DNA from: Gammaproteobacteria bacterium
Lineage (GTDB): Bacteria; Pseudomonadota; Gammaproteobacteria; SZUA-229
Direction of reading: 5' to 3'
Length of the DNA stretch: 64,000 nucleotides
NCBI GenBank assembly: GCA_029881795.1
Contig: JAOULX010000016.1
Span: forward strand, 2,434 to 66,433
Shown here: positions 55,520 through 64,000 of the stretch, piece by piece
How the letters are laid out: every line of letters begins with the position of its first letter
How positions within the stretch are numbered: position 1 is the stretch's first letter
Position numbers and translations under genes: made by a program
Notes under the pieces: model-generated
Database searches by the model: none
Seen by the model: the letters and a program-made list of their open reading frames with translations, nothing else
Told to the model about the DNA's origin: nothing

Positions 55520-56452
55520 TCAAAGCCAGCTTTGTAATTGATTGCTGTATATCAAATTAATCATGCTCTTGCCGACGCCTCGGGTAAAGCGCTCAAAAAG
55601 ATCAGGCTGATAAGTATAATCAACGATTTTACTGTGACCGATGACCTTGCGCGCCACATAAGCTGAGCTGCCTAAATCATCGATTAAACCTAATTCAATG
55701 CTTTGCTCACCATTCCAGATTAATCCGCTAAATAAAGTCGGGTCATTCTTCAGTCGATCACCGCGGCCGGCTTTAACGTCATCAATAAATTGTTTGTGTG
55801 TGCTGGCCAGCAGGTTGATCATGTGGGTTTCAGCTTTTTCGTTGCGTGGAGAAAAAGGATCCAGCATGGCTTTGTTTTCACCGGCGGTAAGCTGTCGCCT
55901 TTCAATGCCCAGTTTTTCCATCGTGCCCGTAAAGCCAAAACTGCTCATGCGCACGCCGATGGAACCAATCAGGCTGGATTTGTTGGCGAAGATCTGTTCT
56001 GTTGCAGAGGCGACATAATAACCGCCGGATGCGCAGATGTCGGTAACAACGGCATAAACCGGTTTTTCTGTATTGAGTTTTCTGAGTCGATTAATTTCGT
56101 TATAAATCATCGCGGCCTGAACTGGTGTGCCACCAGGGCTGTTAATTTCTAGAATAACACCCATTGCATACTTGTTATTAAAGGCATCTTGCAGGCCTTC
56201 GATGATGCTGTCCGCACCAGCGGGTTCGCCCGGCATAATCGCGCCGGCGAGTTTAATGATGGCGGTATGTGGCTGGTTGGTCTGCGCGTTTTCACTAATA
56301 TTATTCGAGCTGAGGATAATAATGAATAATAGTAAATAGCCAAAGCCGAGAAATTTAAAAAAAATTCCCCAGCGTCGGGAGCGGCGTTGTTCTTTAATGC
56401 CGGCTAGTGCGATATTTTTTATGGCTTCTTTTTCCCAGTTATCTTCAGACAT
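55520..56452 (-). CDS. sppA: Signal peptide peptidase SppA, 36K type (S49 family)
   Basis: N-terminal TM. The S49 serine motif DICASGGYYVAS and a downstream catalytic Lys region. Confidence 0.85.
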   Translation of the reverse strand: MSEDNWEKEAIKNIALAGIKEQRRSRRWGIFFKFLGFGYLLLFIIILSSNNISENAQTNQPHTAIIKLAGAIMPGEPAGADSIIEGLQDAFNNKYAMGVILEINSPGGTPVQAAMIYNEINRLRKLNTEKPVYAVVTDICASGGYYVASATEQIFANKSSLIGSIGVRMSSFGFTGTMEKLGIERRQLTAGENKAMLDPFSPRNEKAETHMINLLASTHKQFIDDVKAGRGDRLKNDPTLFSGLIWNGEQSIELGLIDDLGSSAYVARKVIGHSKIVDYTYQPDLFERFTRGVGKSMINLIYSNQLQSWL

Positions 56453-56494
56453 GGTCAGTTCTTTATTTTATTAAGTTATAGGTTAAACAGAGGG

Positions 56495-57160
56495 TTAGTT
56501 GCGGTTCAGGCCTTGCAGCCACCCCGGCAGTTCGTGCAAATGATTAATATGCCCTAAAGGCTCATGTTTTAATAATCTATCCAGTGAGTGTACACCATAA
56601 CTTACGGCCAGGGAGTGTGTGCCGGCGTTTTTGGCTAATTCCATGTCATATTCGGTGTCGCCAATCATCAGTGTTTGCTCTGGTTCTATAGCCAGTTCAT
56701 GCATGATTTCTTCAAGCATCTGTGGGTGTGGTTTTGAAAATGTTTCTGATGCGCAGCGGGTGCTCAGGAAGCAGGAGCCCAGGCCGCTTTCTTTTAAGAC
56801 CAGATCGAGTCCTTGTCGGCCTTTGCCGGTGGCTACCGCCAGCCAGTAACCGGCAGCTTGCAAATTATGCAGAACGTCTTTTGCGTCTTTAAATAAAGGG
56901 CTGTGAGTCTTGTTTTCCAGCAAGTAATGGTGGCGATAGCGGTCGGCGTATCGGCAAACCTGATCAGGGCTGAAATCAGGGTACAGGTTTTCGGTTGCTT
57001 CTTTTAAGCCCAGGCCGATGACATTGCAAAATTCGTCGTTGCTCAGCTGGCTGGCATCACAGTCATTGGCTGCTGCTTTTAAACAATCCAGAATTCGCTG
57101 CTGCGAATCCATCAGTGTGCCGTCCCAGTCAAAGACAATCAGTTCAAAGGCTTTTTTCAT
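56495..57160 (-). CDS. HAD-superfamily hydrolase, subfamily IA
   Basis: Motif I VFDWDGTLMDS. 221 aa. The conserved rluC-HAD-sppA arrangement seen in Pseudomonas-like genomes. Confidence 0.8.
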   Translation of the reverse strand: MKKAFELIVFDWDGTLMDSQQRILDCLKAAANDCDASQLSNDEFCNVIGLGLKEATENLYPDFSPDQVCRYADRYRHHYLLENKTHSPLFKDAKDVLHNLQAAGYWLAVATGKGRQGLDLVLKESGLGSCFLSTRCASETFSKPHPQMLEEIMHELAIEPEQTLMIGDTEYDMELAKNAGTHSLAVSYGVHSLDRLLKHEPLGHINHLHELPGWLQGLNRN

Positions 57161-58104
57161 TGCTGGCGTAATGACTCTATCAGGTTTTTAAGTTTCTGTT
57201 CCAGTGGAGCGGTGATCTGAATCGGACCGTTTAAATCGAATTTAAGGTAGCGAGCATGTAGAAACATGCGGTTGAGCCCGATTTTCTTCATTTGCTGGTT
57301 AAATTCTTTATCGCCATATTTTTCATCGCCGGCCACGGGGTGGCCTTCACTGGCTGCGTGTACGCGTATCTGGTGCGTTCTGCCGGTTAACAAGGTGACT
57401 TCAACCAGACTGCTGTCAGTAAACTGTTCTGTTTGTTTGAACAGGCTAAGCGCAGCTTTGCCGCCGGGATTGACGGTGACCATGCGTTCGCCGGCTTTGA
57501 TTTCATTTTTACTCAGTGGGGCATCGATTCTTTGTACATCATCTGGCCATTGTCCTTTGGTTAGTGTCAGGTATTGTTTTGTTAGCGCCTGACTGGAGTT
57601 AAATAAAGCATGCAGCTGAGTCAAAGCCTCGCGAGATTTAGCCAGTACCAGGCAGCCACTGGTTTGTCTGTCAAGCCGGTGTGCCAGTTCGATAAAGCGG
57701 TCTGCAAAACGGTCTGCTCTTAATATGTCAATCACTCCGTAATCAATATTGCTGCCGCCATGGACAGCCAGCCCGGCGGGTTTGTTAAGAATGATCAGGT
57801 CATCGTTCTCGAAAAGCACGGCGTGATTGAGTTCGTTTATCAATCGCTCTGGAATGGTGTGGTGTTTGCTTTCGGTGATACGAACCGGGGGGATTCTTAC
57901 CATATCTCCAGATACAAGGCGGTGGCTGGGTTTGATTCTGCCCTTGTTGACGCGCACTTCTCCGCTGCGCAATATTTTATATATACGACTTTTGGGTACG
58001 CCCTTGAGTTTAGACATGAGATAATTGTCTATTCGCTGGCCGTCATTGTCGGCATTTATTTCAAGAGTCTGTACTTTAATAGCTGGGGTATTAGGGTTAG
58101 GCAT
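57157..58104 (-). CDS. rluC: 23S rRNA pseudouridine synthase C
   Basis: S4 domain, and RluA-family catalytic motif HRLDRQTSGCLVLAKS. Divergent from rne as in E. coli and Pseudomonas. Confidence 0.9.
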   Translation of the reverse strand: MPNPNTPAIKVQTLEINADNDGQRIDNYLMSKLKGVPKSRIYKILRSGEVRVNKGRIKPSHRLVSGDMVRIPPVRITESKHHTIPERLINELNHAVLFENDDLIILNKPAGLAVHGGSNIDYGVIDILRADRFADRFIELAHRLDRQTSGCLVLAKSREALTQLHALFNSSQALTKQYLTLTKGQWPDDVQRIDAPLSKNEIKAGERMVTVNPGGKAALSLFKQTEQFTDSSLVEVTLLTGRTHQIRVHAASEGHPVAGDEKYGDKEFNQQMKKIGLNRMFLHARYLKFDLNGPIQITAPLEQKLKNLIESLRQQ

Positions 58105-58536
58105 GACGCAATCATAACATCAGCCGTTTATATCGTTGATAAATATATCGCTAAAGCCTCTTTACATTCTAACTTAAATAATGCCAGAATAGGGATGCGG
58201 TAAAAGAACAAAATTCCGCACCCAGACAGGCTTAAAGCCGATTATTATGGGTATAGCGTTAGATTTCCCGCACTTACCTAAGGCGGAAGAAAAATTTTAG
58301 TTTGGTGTGCAATAGGGCATATCGAATAACAAAATAAACAACATAAGTTACTGTATTTACTGTGAATATTGCTTTTTATACATCTGATGGACCTGCTCTG
58401 TGGGTTGCCATCTTAATTTCACCGATTTTACTGGCGACGCTTAAGCTTGCCCCTAAAAATTTAGCGAGTGAATTTAATCGACGTCTTAATACATCAGACG
58501 TGAAAGCGATATCGCACTTCCCAGGTTTAAATCAAA
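58105..58536 (+). promoter_or_regulatory. rne promoter plus long 5' untranslated leader (likely autoregulatory)
   Basis: A 432-bp non-coding gap between divergent rluC and rne. rne genes in gammaproteobacteria characteristically carry a 300-450 nt structured 5' UTR that mediates RNase E autoregulation. Confidence 0.45.
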
Positions 58537-60825
58537 ATGAAACGTATTTTAATCAATGCAACTCAAAAAGAAGAGTTGCGTGTGGCTATGGTAGAGGGCC
58601 AGAAACTCTACGATCTCGATATCGAAGTCCCGTCCCGGGAACAGAAAAAGGCGAACATCTATAAGGGTACTATCACCCGTATAGAGCCCAGTCTTGAAGC
58701 GGCTTTTGTCGATTATGGCGCTGAACGCCATGGTTTTCTGTCGTTTAAGGAAGTGGCGCGCAGCTATTTTTCTGATGAAGCCAAGAAGGCCGAAGGCCGT
58801 CCGGATATTAAAACAGCGCTGCGAGAAGGTCAGGAAGTAGTTGTTCAGATCGATAAGGAAGAGCGCGGCAATAAAGGCGCTGCGTTAACAACCTTTATCA
58901 GTCTGGCTGGCCGTTATATGGTGCTGATGCCCAATAACCCGCGAGCTGGCGGTGTTTCTAGGCGTATAGAGGGCGATGATCGCAGTGAGATTCGCGAGAT
59001 CATGGCAAATCTCAATACACCAGAAGGCATGGGGCTGATTGTTCGTACCGCCGGTGTTGGGCGAAATCAGGAAGAGTTGCAGTGGGATCTGAACTATTTA
59101 ATTCAGGTCTGGACTGCGATTGATGCGGCATCACAAAGAAAAGCACCGTTTCTTATTTATCAGGAAAGCAATGTCATCATCCGTGCGCTGCGGGATTATT
59201 TCCGTAATGATATCGGTGAGATATTGATTGATGATCCGGCTGTTTTCCAAACGGCAGAAGATTTTATAAAACAGGTTATGCCAAATAACCTGAAGAAGAT
59301 TAAGTTATACGAAGATACCATTCCTCTGTTTAACCGGTTCCAGATTGAGAGTCAGATTGAGTCGGCCTATCAGCGGGAAGTGCGTTTACCATCAGGTGGT
59401 GCGATTGTTATCGACCACACTGAAGCCCTGATTTCTATTGATGTGAACTCTGCTCGTGCTACTAAGGGTAGTGATATCGAAGAGACGGCATTTAATACCA
59501 ATCTTGAATCTGCAGATGAAGTGGCGCGTCAGCTTCGATTGCGAGATCTTGGTGGTCTGGTGGTGATTGACTTCATTGATATGGTGTCAAACCGTCATCA
59601 GCGTGAAGTTGAAAACAGGCTGCGGGATGCATTAAAAGTTGACCGTGCCCGGGTTCAGGTGGGTCGTATTTCTCGTTTTGGTTTACTGGAGATGTCACGC
59701 CAGCGCTTACGTCCGTCTTTGGGCGAGGCAACTCAAATCGTATGTCCGCGTTGTTTGGGGCATGGCACGATACGTAGTACAGAATCTCTGGCAGTTTCGG
59801 TGATGCGATTATTAGAAGAAGAAGCGCTGAAAGAGCAAACAGGGCAGGTTAATCTGCAGGCACCTGTTGATGTGGCGACTTATCTTCTCAATGAAAAGCG
59901 CGAAGGTATTGCTGATATTCAGAAAAACACCAGTGTCAAAATTGTTGTTATCCCCAATCCCGGAATGGTGACGCCGCAATATGAAATCGTCCGCGTGCGT
60001 AATAATGAGCAAGAAGAAATAGCGTCGTCGAGCAGTTATCAGTTGATGAAAGAGGTTGAAGAGGAAAGTACTTCTCAGGCAGCCTCTGATGTGACTAAAG
60101 TTGAGCAGCCTGCTGTTCAGTCAGTTTCACCCAGTGCACCAGTGCCTCCTCATGCTACCGCTAAGGCGAGCTCTTCAAAAGTTAAAAAGCCAGGTTTGTT
60201 TGGGCGCTTAATGAACTTATTGTTTGGCACGGCTGAAACAAAACCCAAAAAACCGGTGCGCCGAAATGACAAGCGCAGTGAGCCGCGTGGTGGGCGTAGT
60301 GCCGCTAATAAAGGTGAGCGTCGGCGTAGTTCGGCTAATCAGCAGCGAGGTAGAGGTCGTAACGAGCAGCGTGGTGGTCGTAAGCAGCAGGACTCTAGTG
60401 GGCCGCAGAAACAACAGTCAGTCAAGCAGCAGTCTAAACAAAGCAATGAGCGCAGCGTTGATAAGGCTGATGCTGTGCCGGTAGCTGAGTCGGCTAATAA
60501 TCCGAATACAGGCAGTCAGAATGCAGGAAACCGGGGTAATCGGGGGCGCAGAGGAGGTCGTAATCGCGGACGCGGACGGAACCCAAATCAGCAAAAGCAG
60601 GCTTCGGAATCGTCAGAAAGCGCTTCTACTGTATCCTCTGATCAAACGACTCATCAGCCGACAAAGCCGGTGGCTGATGTGCCAGCTACTGCTAATAATG
60701 CAGAACGTGGAGTCGCTGAAAACACGGCTCCTCGCAAAGTTGAAAGTTCGCCGGCTGTAAATGTGCAGCCTGTCTCAGCAGCTGAAAAAACAAGCCCTAG
60801 CGGTAGCTCTGAAACCAATTCATAG
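58537..60825 (+). CDS. rne: Ribonuclease E (short form)
   Basis: [30 protein letters not shown] and the S1, DNase I-like and Zn-link (CPRCLGHG) catalytic half. The C-terminal part, about 250 aa, is Arg/Gly/Gln-rich low-complexity sequence. Confidence 0.93.
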   Translation: MKRILINATQKEELRVAMVEGQKLYDLDIEVPSREQKKANIYKGTITRIEPSLEAAFVDYGAERHGFLSFKEVARSYFSDEAKKAEGRPDIKTALREGQEVVVQIDKEERGNKGAALTTFISLAGRYMVLMPNNPRAGGVSRRIEGDDRSEIREIMANLNTPEGMGLIVRTAGVGRNQEELQWDLNYLIQVWTAIDAASQRKAPFLIYQESNVIIRALRDYFRNDIGEILIDDPAVFQTAEDFIKQVMPNNLKKIKLYEDTIPLFNRFQIESQIESAYQREVRLPSGGAIVIDHTEALISIDVNSARATKGSDIEETAFNTNLESADEVARQLRLRDLGGLVVIDFIDMVSNRHQREVENRLRDALKVDRARVQVGRISRFGLLEMSRQRLRPSLGEATQIVCPRCLGHGTIRSTESLAVSVMRLLEEEALKEQTGQVNLQAPVDVATYLLNEKREGIADIQKNTSVKIVVIPNPGMVTPQYEIVRVRNNEQEEIASSSSYQLMKEVEEESTSQAASDVTKVEQPAVQSVSPSAPVPPHATAKASSSKVKKPGLFGRLMNLLFGTAETKPKKPVRRNDKRSEPRGGRSAANKGERRRSSANQQRGRGRNEQRGGRKQQDSSGPQKQQSVKQQSKQSNERSVDKADAVPVAESANNPNTGSQNAGNRGNRGRRGGRNRGRGRNPNQQKQASESSESASTVSSDQTTHQPTKPVADVPATANNAERGVAENTAPRKVESSPAVNVQPVSAAEKTSPSGSSETNS

Positions 60826-60835
60826 TTGTTGTGCA

Positions 60836-60878
60836 CTGGTTCTGATTAGCTTCGACTGATCAGAACCGGTTTATTGTT
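60836..60878. terminator. Bidirectional intrinsic terminator between convergent rne and ptp
   Basis: CTGGTTCTGAT-tagcttcgactg-ATCAGAACCGG followed by TTTATTGTT. Confidence 0.6.
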
Positions 60879-61341
60879 AAGGCAGTATTTTCTTTAATAA
60901 CCCTTCTGAAGCATCTTCAACCAGATCAAAGACATGGTCAAAACCGCTGTTGCCACCGTAATAAGGATCGGGTACTTCGGTTTCATTAAAATTCTTGGCA
61001 TAACTCATAAAGAGTTCGATTTTGTGTTGTAAATGATTCGGACATATCTGTAACAGATCTGCCAGATTGCTCTGATCCATTACCAGAATGTGATCAAAAT
61101 TTTCAAAATCCTCACTCGATATTTTACGTGCACGTTGCAGGCTCATATCAATATTTCTGCTACGGGCGGTAGTCATTGAGCGTGAATCGGGTGGTTCTCC
61201 TATATGATAGGCATGAGTTCCGGCTGAATCGATCAGTACCTGTTCGCTGACCTTGTTTTTAATGGTGAGATGCCTGAACACGCCTTCGGCGGTCGGTGAA
61301 CGGCAAATATTTCCCATGCAAACAAATAACACTTTAATCAT
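60877..61341 (-). CDS. Low-molecular-weight protein-tyrosine phosphatase
   Basis: MIKVLFVCMGNICRSPTAEG is the CX5R P-loop of LMW-PTP. The ORF track extends 57 nt further upstream. Confidence 0.85.
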   Translation of the reverse strand: MIKVLFVCMGNICRSPTAEGVFRHLTIKNKVSEQVLIDSAGTHAYHIGEPPDSRSMTTARSRNIDMSLQRARKISSEDFENFDHILVMDQSNLADLLQICPNHLQHKIELFMSYAKNFNETEVPDPYYGGNSGFDHVFDLVEDASEGLLKKILP

Positions 61342-61427
61342 GAAATACCTCAGTGATTGAATTTCTGCTTCATAGTACAATGCACAGCATTGAATCAAAT
61401 CTGTCTTCAGTACAATAGTGAGAAGCT

Positions 61428-62813
61428 ATGTTGCGAATATACAACAGCCTGACAAATAAAAAAGAAGAATTTAAACCGATCGAGCCAGGTAAGGTTCGGA
61501 TGTATGTTTGTGGAATGACGGTTTATGATCTGTGTCATCTCGGCCATGCGCGGGTACTGGTTGTGTTTGATATGGTCGTGCGTTATTTGCGTAGCGTCGG
61601 TTATGACGTGACATATATTCGCAATATTACAGATATTGATGACAAAATTATTCAGCGTGCAAATGAAAACGGTGAAACATTTACTGAATTAACGCAGCGC
61701 TTTATCAGTGCTATGCATGAGGATGCTGCGGTATTAAATATATTACCGCCGGATGAAGAACCAAAAGCCACTGCCTATATGGCTGATATTATTAAAATGG
61801 TAGCTGATCTTATTGAGCGAGGCTATGCCTATGCCGGGGACAATGGCGATGTATATTATTCGGTGAATAAATTCGGTAGTTACGGCAAACTGTCGGGCAA
61901 AAAGCTTGAGGATTTAAGAGCAGGCGAACGGGTTGCGGTAGACAGCTATAAGAAAGAGCCGTTGGATTTTGTGCTCTGGAAAGCGGCCAAACCGGATGAG
62001 CCAAGCTGGGATTCGCCATGGGGCCAAGGACGTCCGGGCTGGCATATCGAATGTTCGGCGATGTCGACCTGTTGTCTGGGCAATCATTTTGATATTCATG
62101 GTGGTGGTCAGGATCTGCAGTTTCCGCATCATGAAAATGAAATTGCTCAGTCTGAGGCGGCGACAGGCGAGACCTTTGTTAACTATTGGATGCACAATGG
62201 ATTTGTGCGCATTGATGATGAGAAAATGTCGAAGTCTCTGGGGAATTTTTTTACCATTCGAGAGGTTCTGAAACAATATCGACCTGAAGAAGTCAGGTAT
62301 TTTATACTCGCTAGTCATTACCGGAGCCCATTGAATTACGCGGACAGTTTGCTTGATGCGGCGCAATCGGCTTTGGCGCGTTTATATACGGCATTGCGGG
62401 GGGTGGTGATTGAAGCTGGCGAATATGATGCAGATGCAGTTATGCGCTTTAATCAGGCAATGGATGAGGACTTTAATACAGCGGAAGCTATGTCGGTGTT
62501 ATTTGAGTTGGCCAATAATATCAATAAGAGTCGTGAGTCTGAGCCGCTTCAGGCGGCAATCTATGCTCGCACGCTTAAACATCTGGCGGGTATTCTGGGT
62601 TTATTAGAGGCCGAGCCGGATGAGTTTCTTAAAAGCATGGCTGGTAGTCAGAGTGAGGGAGATAATCTGCAGATTGAAGAGCTGGTCAATGAACGGATTC
62701 AGGCTAAAAAAGATAAAAACTGGCAGCGTGCTGATGAAATCAGAGACCAGTTACATGCCATGGGTATCGAGCTGGAAGATAAAGGTGCTGAGACGGTATG
62801 GCGCAGAAGCTAG
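61428..62813 (+). CDS. cysS: Cysteine--tRNA ligase
   Basis: Collinear with E. coli CysS, with the HIGH motif (CHLGHAR) and KMSKS motif. Confidence 0.97.
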   Translation: MLRIYNSLTNKKEEFKPIEPGKVRMYVCGMTVYDLCHLGHARVLVVFDMVVRYLRSVGYDVTYIRNITDIDDKIIQRANENGETFTELTQRFISAMHEDAAVLNILPPDEEPKATAYMADIIKMVADLIERGYAYAGDNGDVYYSVNKFGSYGKLSGKKLEDLRAGERVAVDSYKKEPLDFVLWKAAKPDEPSWDSPWGQGRPGWHIECSAMSTCCLGNHFDIHGGGQDLQFPHHENEIAQSEAATGETFVNYWMHNGFVRIDDEKMSKSLGNFFTIREVLKQYRPEEVRYFILASHYRSPLNYADSLLDAAQSALARLYTALRGVVIEAGEYDADAVMRFNQAMDEDFNTAEAMSVLFELANNINKSRESEPLQAAIYARTLKHLAGILGLLEAEPDEFLKSMAGSQSEGDNLQIEELVNERIQAKKDKNWQRADEIRDQLHAMGIELEDKGAETVWRRS

Positions 62814-62880
62814 GCTTGTGGCTTGATTAAAACAGGCTATACTTTTTAACATCGAATAAGCTATTGATGAGAGAGAGACA

Positions 62881-63234
62881 ATGACAGATGAAAAACGGCA
62901 TTATCGGCGAGTAGCATTTGATGCTGAGGTTGTCATGGAGTATCAGGGTAGTTCATGGGTGGCTCATCTGATTGATGTTTCTCTTAAGGGACTGCTGGTG
63001 GTATTTCCTAACGATATTGCCATTGAGCTTGGCAATGTCTATGACATGGAGTTACGTCTTGGGGTTGATACGGTTATCCAGATGCGGGTCAAGGTGATGC
63101 ATTTTGAGGATCATCTGGTGGGTCTCGAATGGAGTGATATCGACCTTGAAAGCCTGACCCATTTGCGACGATTGCTGGAATTAAATATGTCCAGTGCAGA
63201 AGAAATTCATCGTGAATTGTCTGAGCTGGGTTGA
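62881..63234 (+). CDS. PilZ-domain protein (putative c-di-GMP receptor)
   Basis: 117 aa carrying an RxxxR motif (RHYRR) and a D/NxSxxG motif (DVSLKG). Confidence 0.7.
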   Translation: MTDEKRHYRRVAFDAEVVMEYQGSSWVAHLIDVSLKGLLVVFPNDIAIELGNVYDMELRLGVDTVIQMRVKVMHFEDHLVGLEWSDIDLESLTHLRRLLELNMSSAEEIHRELSELG

Positions 63235-63332
63235 TTAATTCAGTGCTATCTAGCTGTTTTTACAGGCATAATTAAGGCAGTCCAACCGGCTGTTGATTTA
63301 TCTTGCGTGCTTAAAGCGAAGTATTCCCGTCT

Positions 63333-63390
63333 AATACTTGACTAAATTACTAGGTTAAGTTAGATTTCCTACTATTCTAGTCAGGAATTC
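63333..63390 (+). promoter_or_regulatory. Putative IscR type-1 operator sites in the isc promoter
   Basis: AATACTTGACTAAATTACTAGGTTAA and CTACTATTCTAGTCAGGAATT resemble the E. coli iscR promoter sites (ATASYYGACTRwwwYAGTCRRSTAT-like). They lie 10-65 nt upstream of the iscR ATG. Confidence 0.45.
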
Positions 63391-63398
63391 AACAGGGG

Positions 63399-63899
63399 AT
63401 GCAAATGAGATTGTCAACGAAAGGTCGCTATGGTGTTACTGCAATGATGGATCTGGCTATTCACGATGGCGTTGGTCCAGTTACGCTGGCAGATATTTCT
63501 CAGTGTCAGGGTATTTCTTTATCTTATCTCGAACAATTATTCTCTAAGTTACGTAAACATGGCCTGGTTGAAGGGGTCCGTGGCCCCGGTGGCGGTTACA
63601 AATTAGCGCGTCCTGCTGAAGGTATTACTGTTGCTGAAATTATTGCTGCAGTGGACGAGCGTGTGGATATCACAAATTGTAATGGTAAAGGTGATTGTCA
63701 GGATGGTCAGCGTTGTTTAACGCATGAGTTGTGGACCGAGCTCAGTAATCGCTTATTTGATTTTTTAAATGATATTACCTTATCGCAGTTTGTTAGCCGT
63801 CCGGGTATACGTGAGTTGGCGATGCAACGCGATCAAATCAATGGACGCTTTGCATTAGCAAAAAGACAGGCGTCAGCTTTACGACAAGAGGCTCGTTGA
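63399..63899 (+). CDS. iscR: Fe-S cluster assembly transcriptional regulator IscR
   Basis: [20 protein letters not shown] Rrf2 helix-turn-helix, and the three cluster-ligand cysteines C-x5-C-x5-C in [14 protein letters not shown]. Confidence 0.93.
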   Translation: MQMRLSTKGRYGVTAMMDLAIHDGVGPVTLADISQCQGISLSYLEQLFSKLRKHGLVEGVRGPGGGYKLARPAEGITVAEIIAAVDERVDITNCNGKGDCQDGQRCLTHELWTELSNRLFDFLNDITLSQFVSRPGIRELAMQRDQINGRFALAKRQASALRQEAR

Positions 63900-63907
63900 G
63901 AATCGCT

Positions 63908-64000
63908 ATGCAGCTACCGATTTACTTTGACTATGCCGCCACCACCCCGGTTGATCCGCGGGTTGCTGAAAAAATGATTCAGTACTTAACGCCGGATGGA
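63908..64000 (+). CDS. iscS: Cysteine desulfurase IscS (5' end only)
   Basis: [31 protein letters not shown] is the canonical IscS N-terminus. It runs off the window edge. Confidence 0.9.
   Translation, partial: MQLPIYFDYAATTPVDPRVAEKMIQYLTPDG

Noticed and set aside
60217-60760. Short ORFs on both strands within the 3' part of rne
   Set aside because: They arise from the repetitive Arg/Gly/Gln-rich low-complexity region of RNase E and are not independent genes.

Overview
This is a gammaproteobacterial chromosomal segment, moderately AT-rich (roughly 40-45% GC by eye, not computed). Almost all of it is coding, split across both strands. I found no rRNA, tRNA, CRISPR array, transposase or integrase.

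The backbone is a conserved housekeeping supercluster. glnD-map sits divergent from rpsB-tsf-pyrH-frr-uppS-cdsA-dxr-rseP-bamA-skp-lpxD-fabZ-lpxA. Further on come pyrG-kdsA-eno-ftsB-ispD-ispF, then yqiA-like, yajD, nagZ, a MscS-family channel and hpt. Later come pdxJ, cysM, rlmD, then rluC-HAD-sppA divergent from rne, and finally cysS, a PilZ protein, iscR and the start of iscS. This gene order resembles Pseudomonadales/Oceanospirillales-type genomes.

Against that backbone, several accessory or lineage-specific modules stand out:
- A three-gene eukaryotic-like Ser/Thr signalling cassette: a CHASE2 membrane Ser/Thr kinase, a PP2C phosphatase and a tandem-FHA protein.
- A second CHASE2 sensor fused to a class III nucleotidyl cyclase.
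- A TonB-dependent receptor, a periplasmic binding protein and a TorS/BarA-like hybrid histidine kinase with REC and HPt domains, forming one operon with no response regulator in view.
- A two-gene module between dapE and glnD: a secreted, membrane-anchored vWA protein and a TM-anchored acidic coiled-coil protein.
- An RCK-gated K+ channel overlapping the start of a partial MltF-like lipoprotein gene.
- Where lpxB-rnhB-dnaE-accA-tilS would be expected after lpxA, an unrelated block sits instead: a PII/Nif3-like small protein, a small hypothetical, tpm, an M16C peptidase and zapE.

Regulatory elements visible in the sequence include clear intrinsic terminators after tsf and in the rlmD/FHA and rne/ptp convergent gaps, long leaders before rpsB and rne, and IscR-type operator repeats upstream of iscR.
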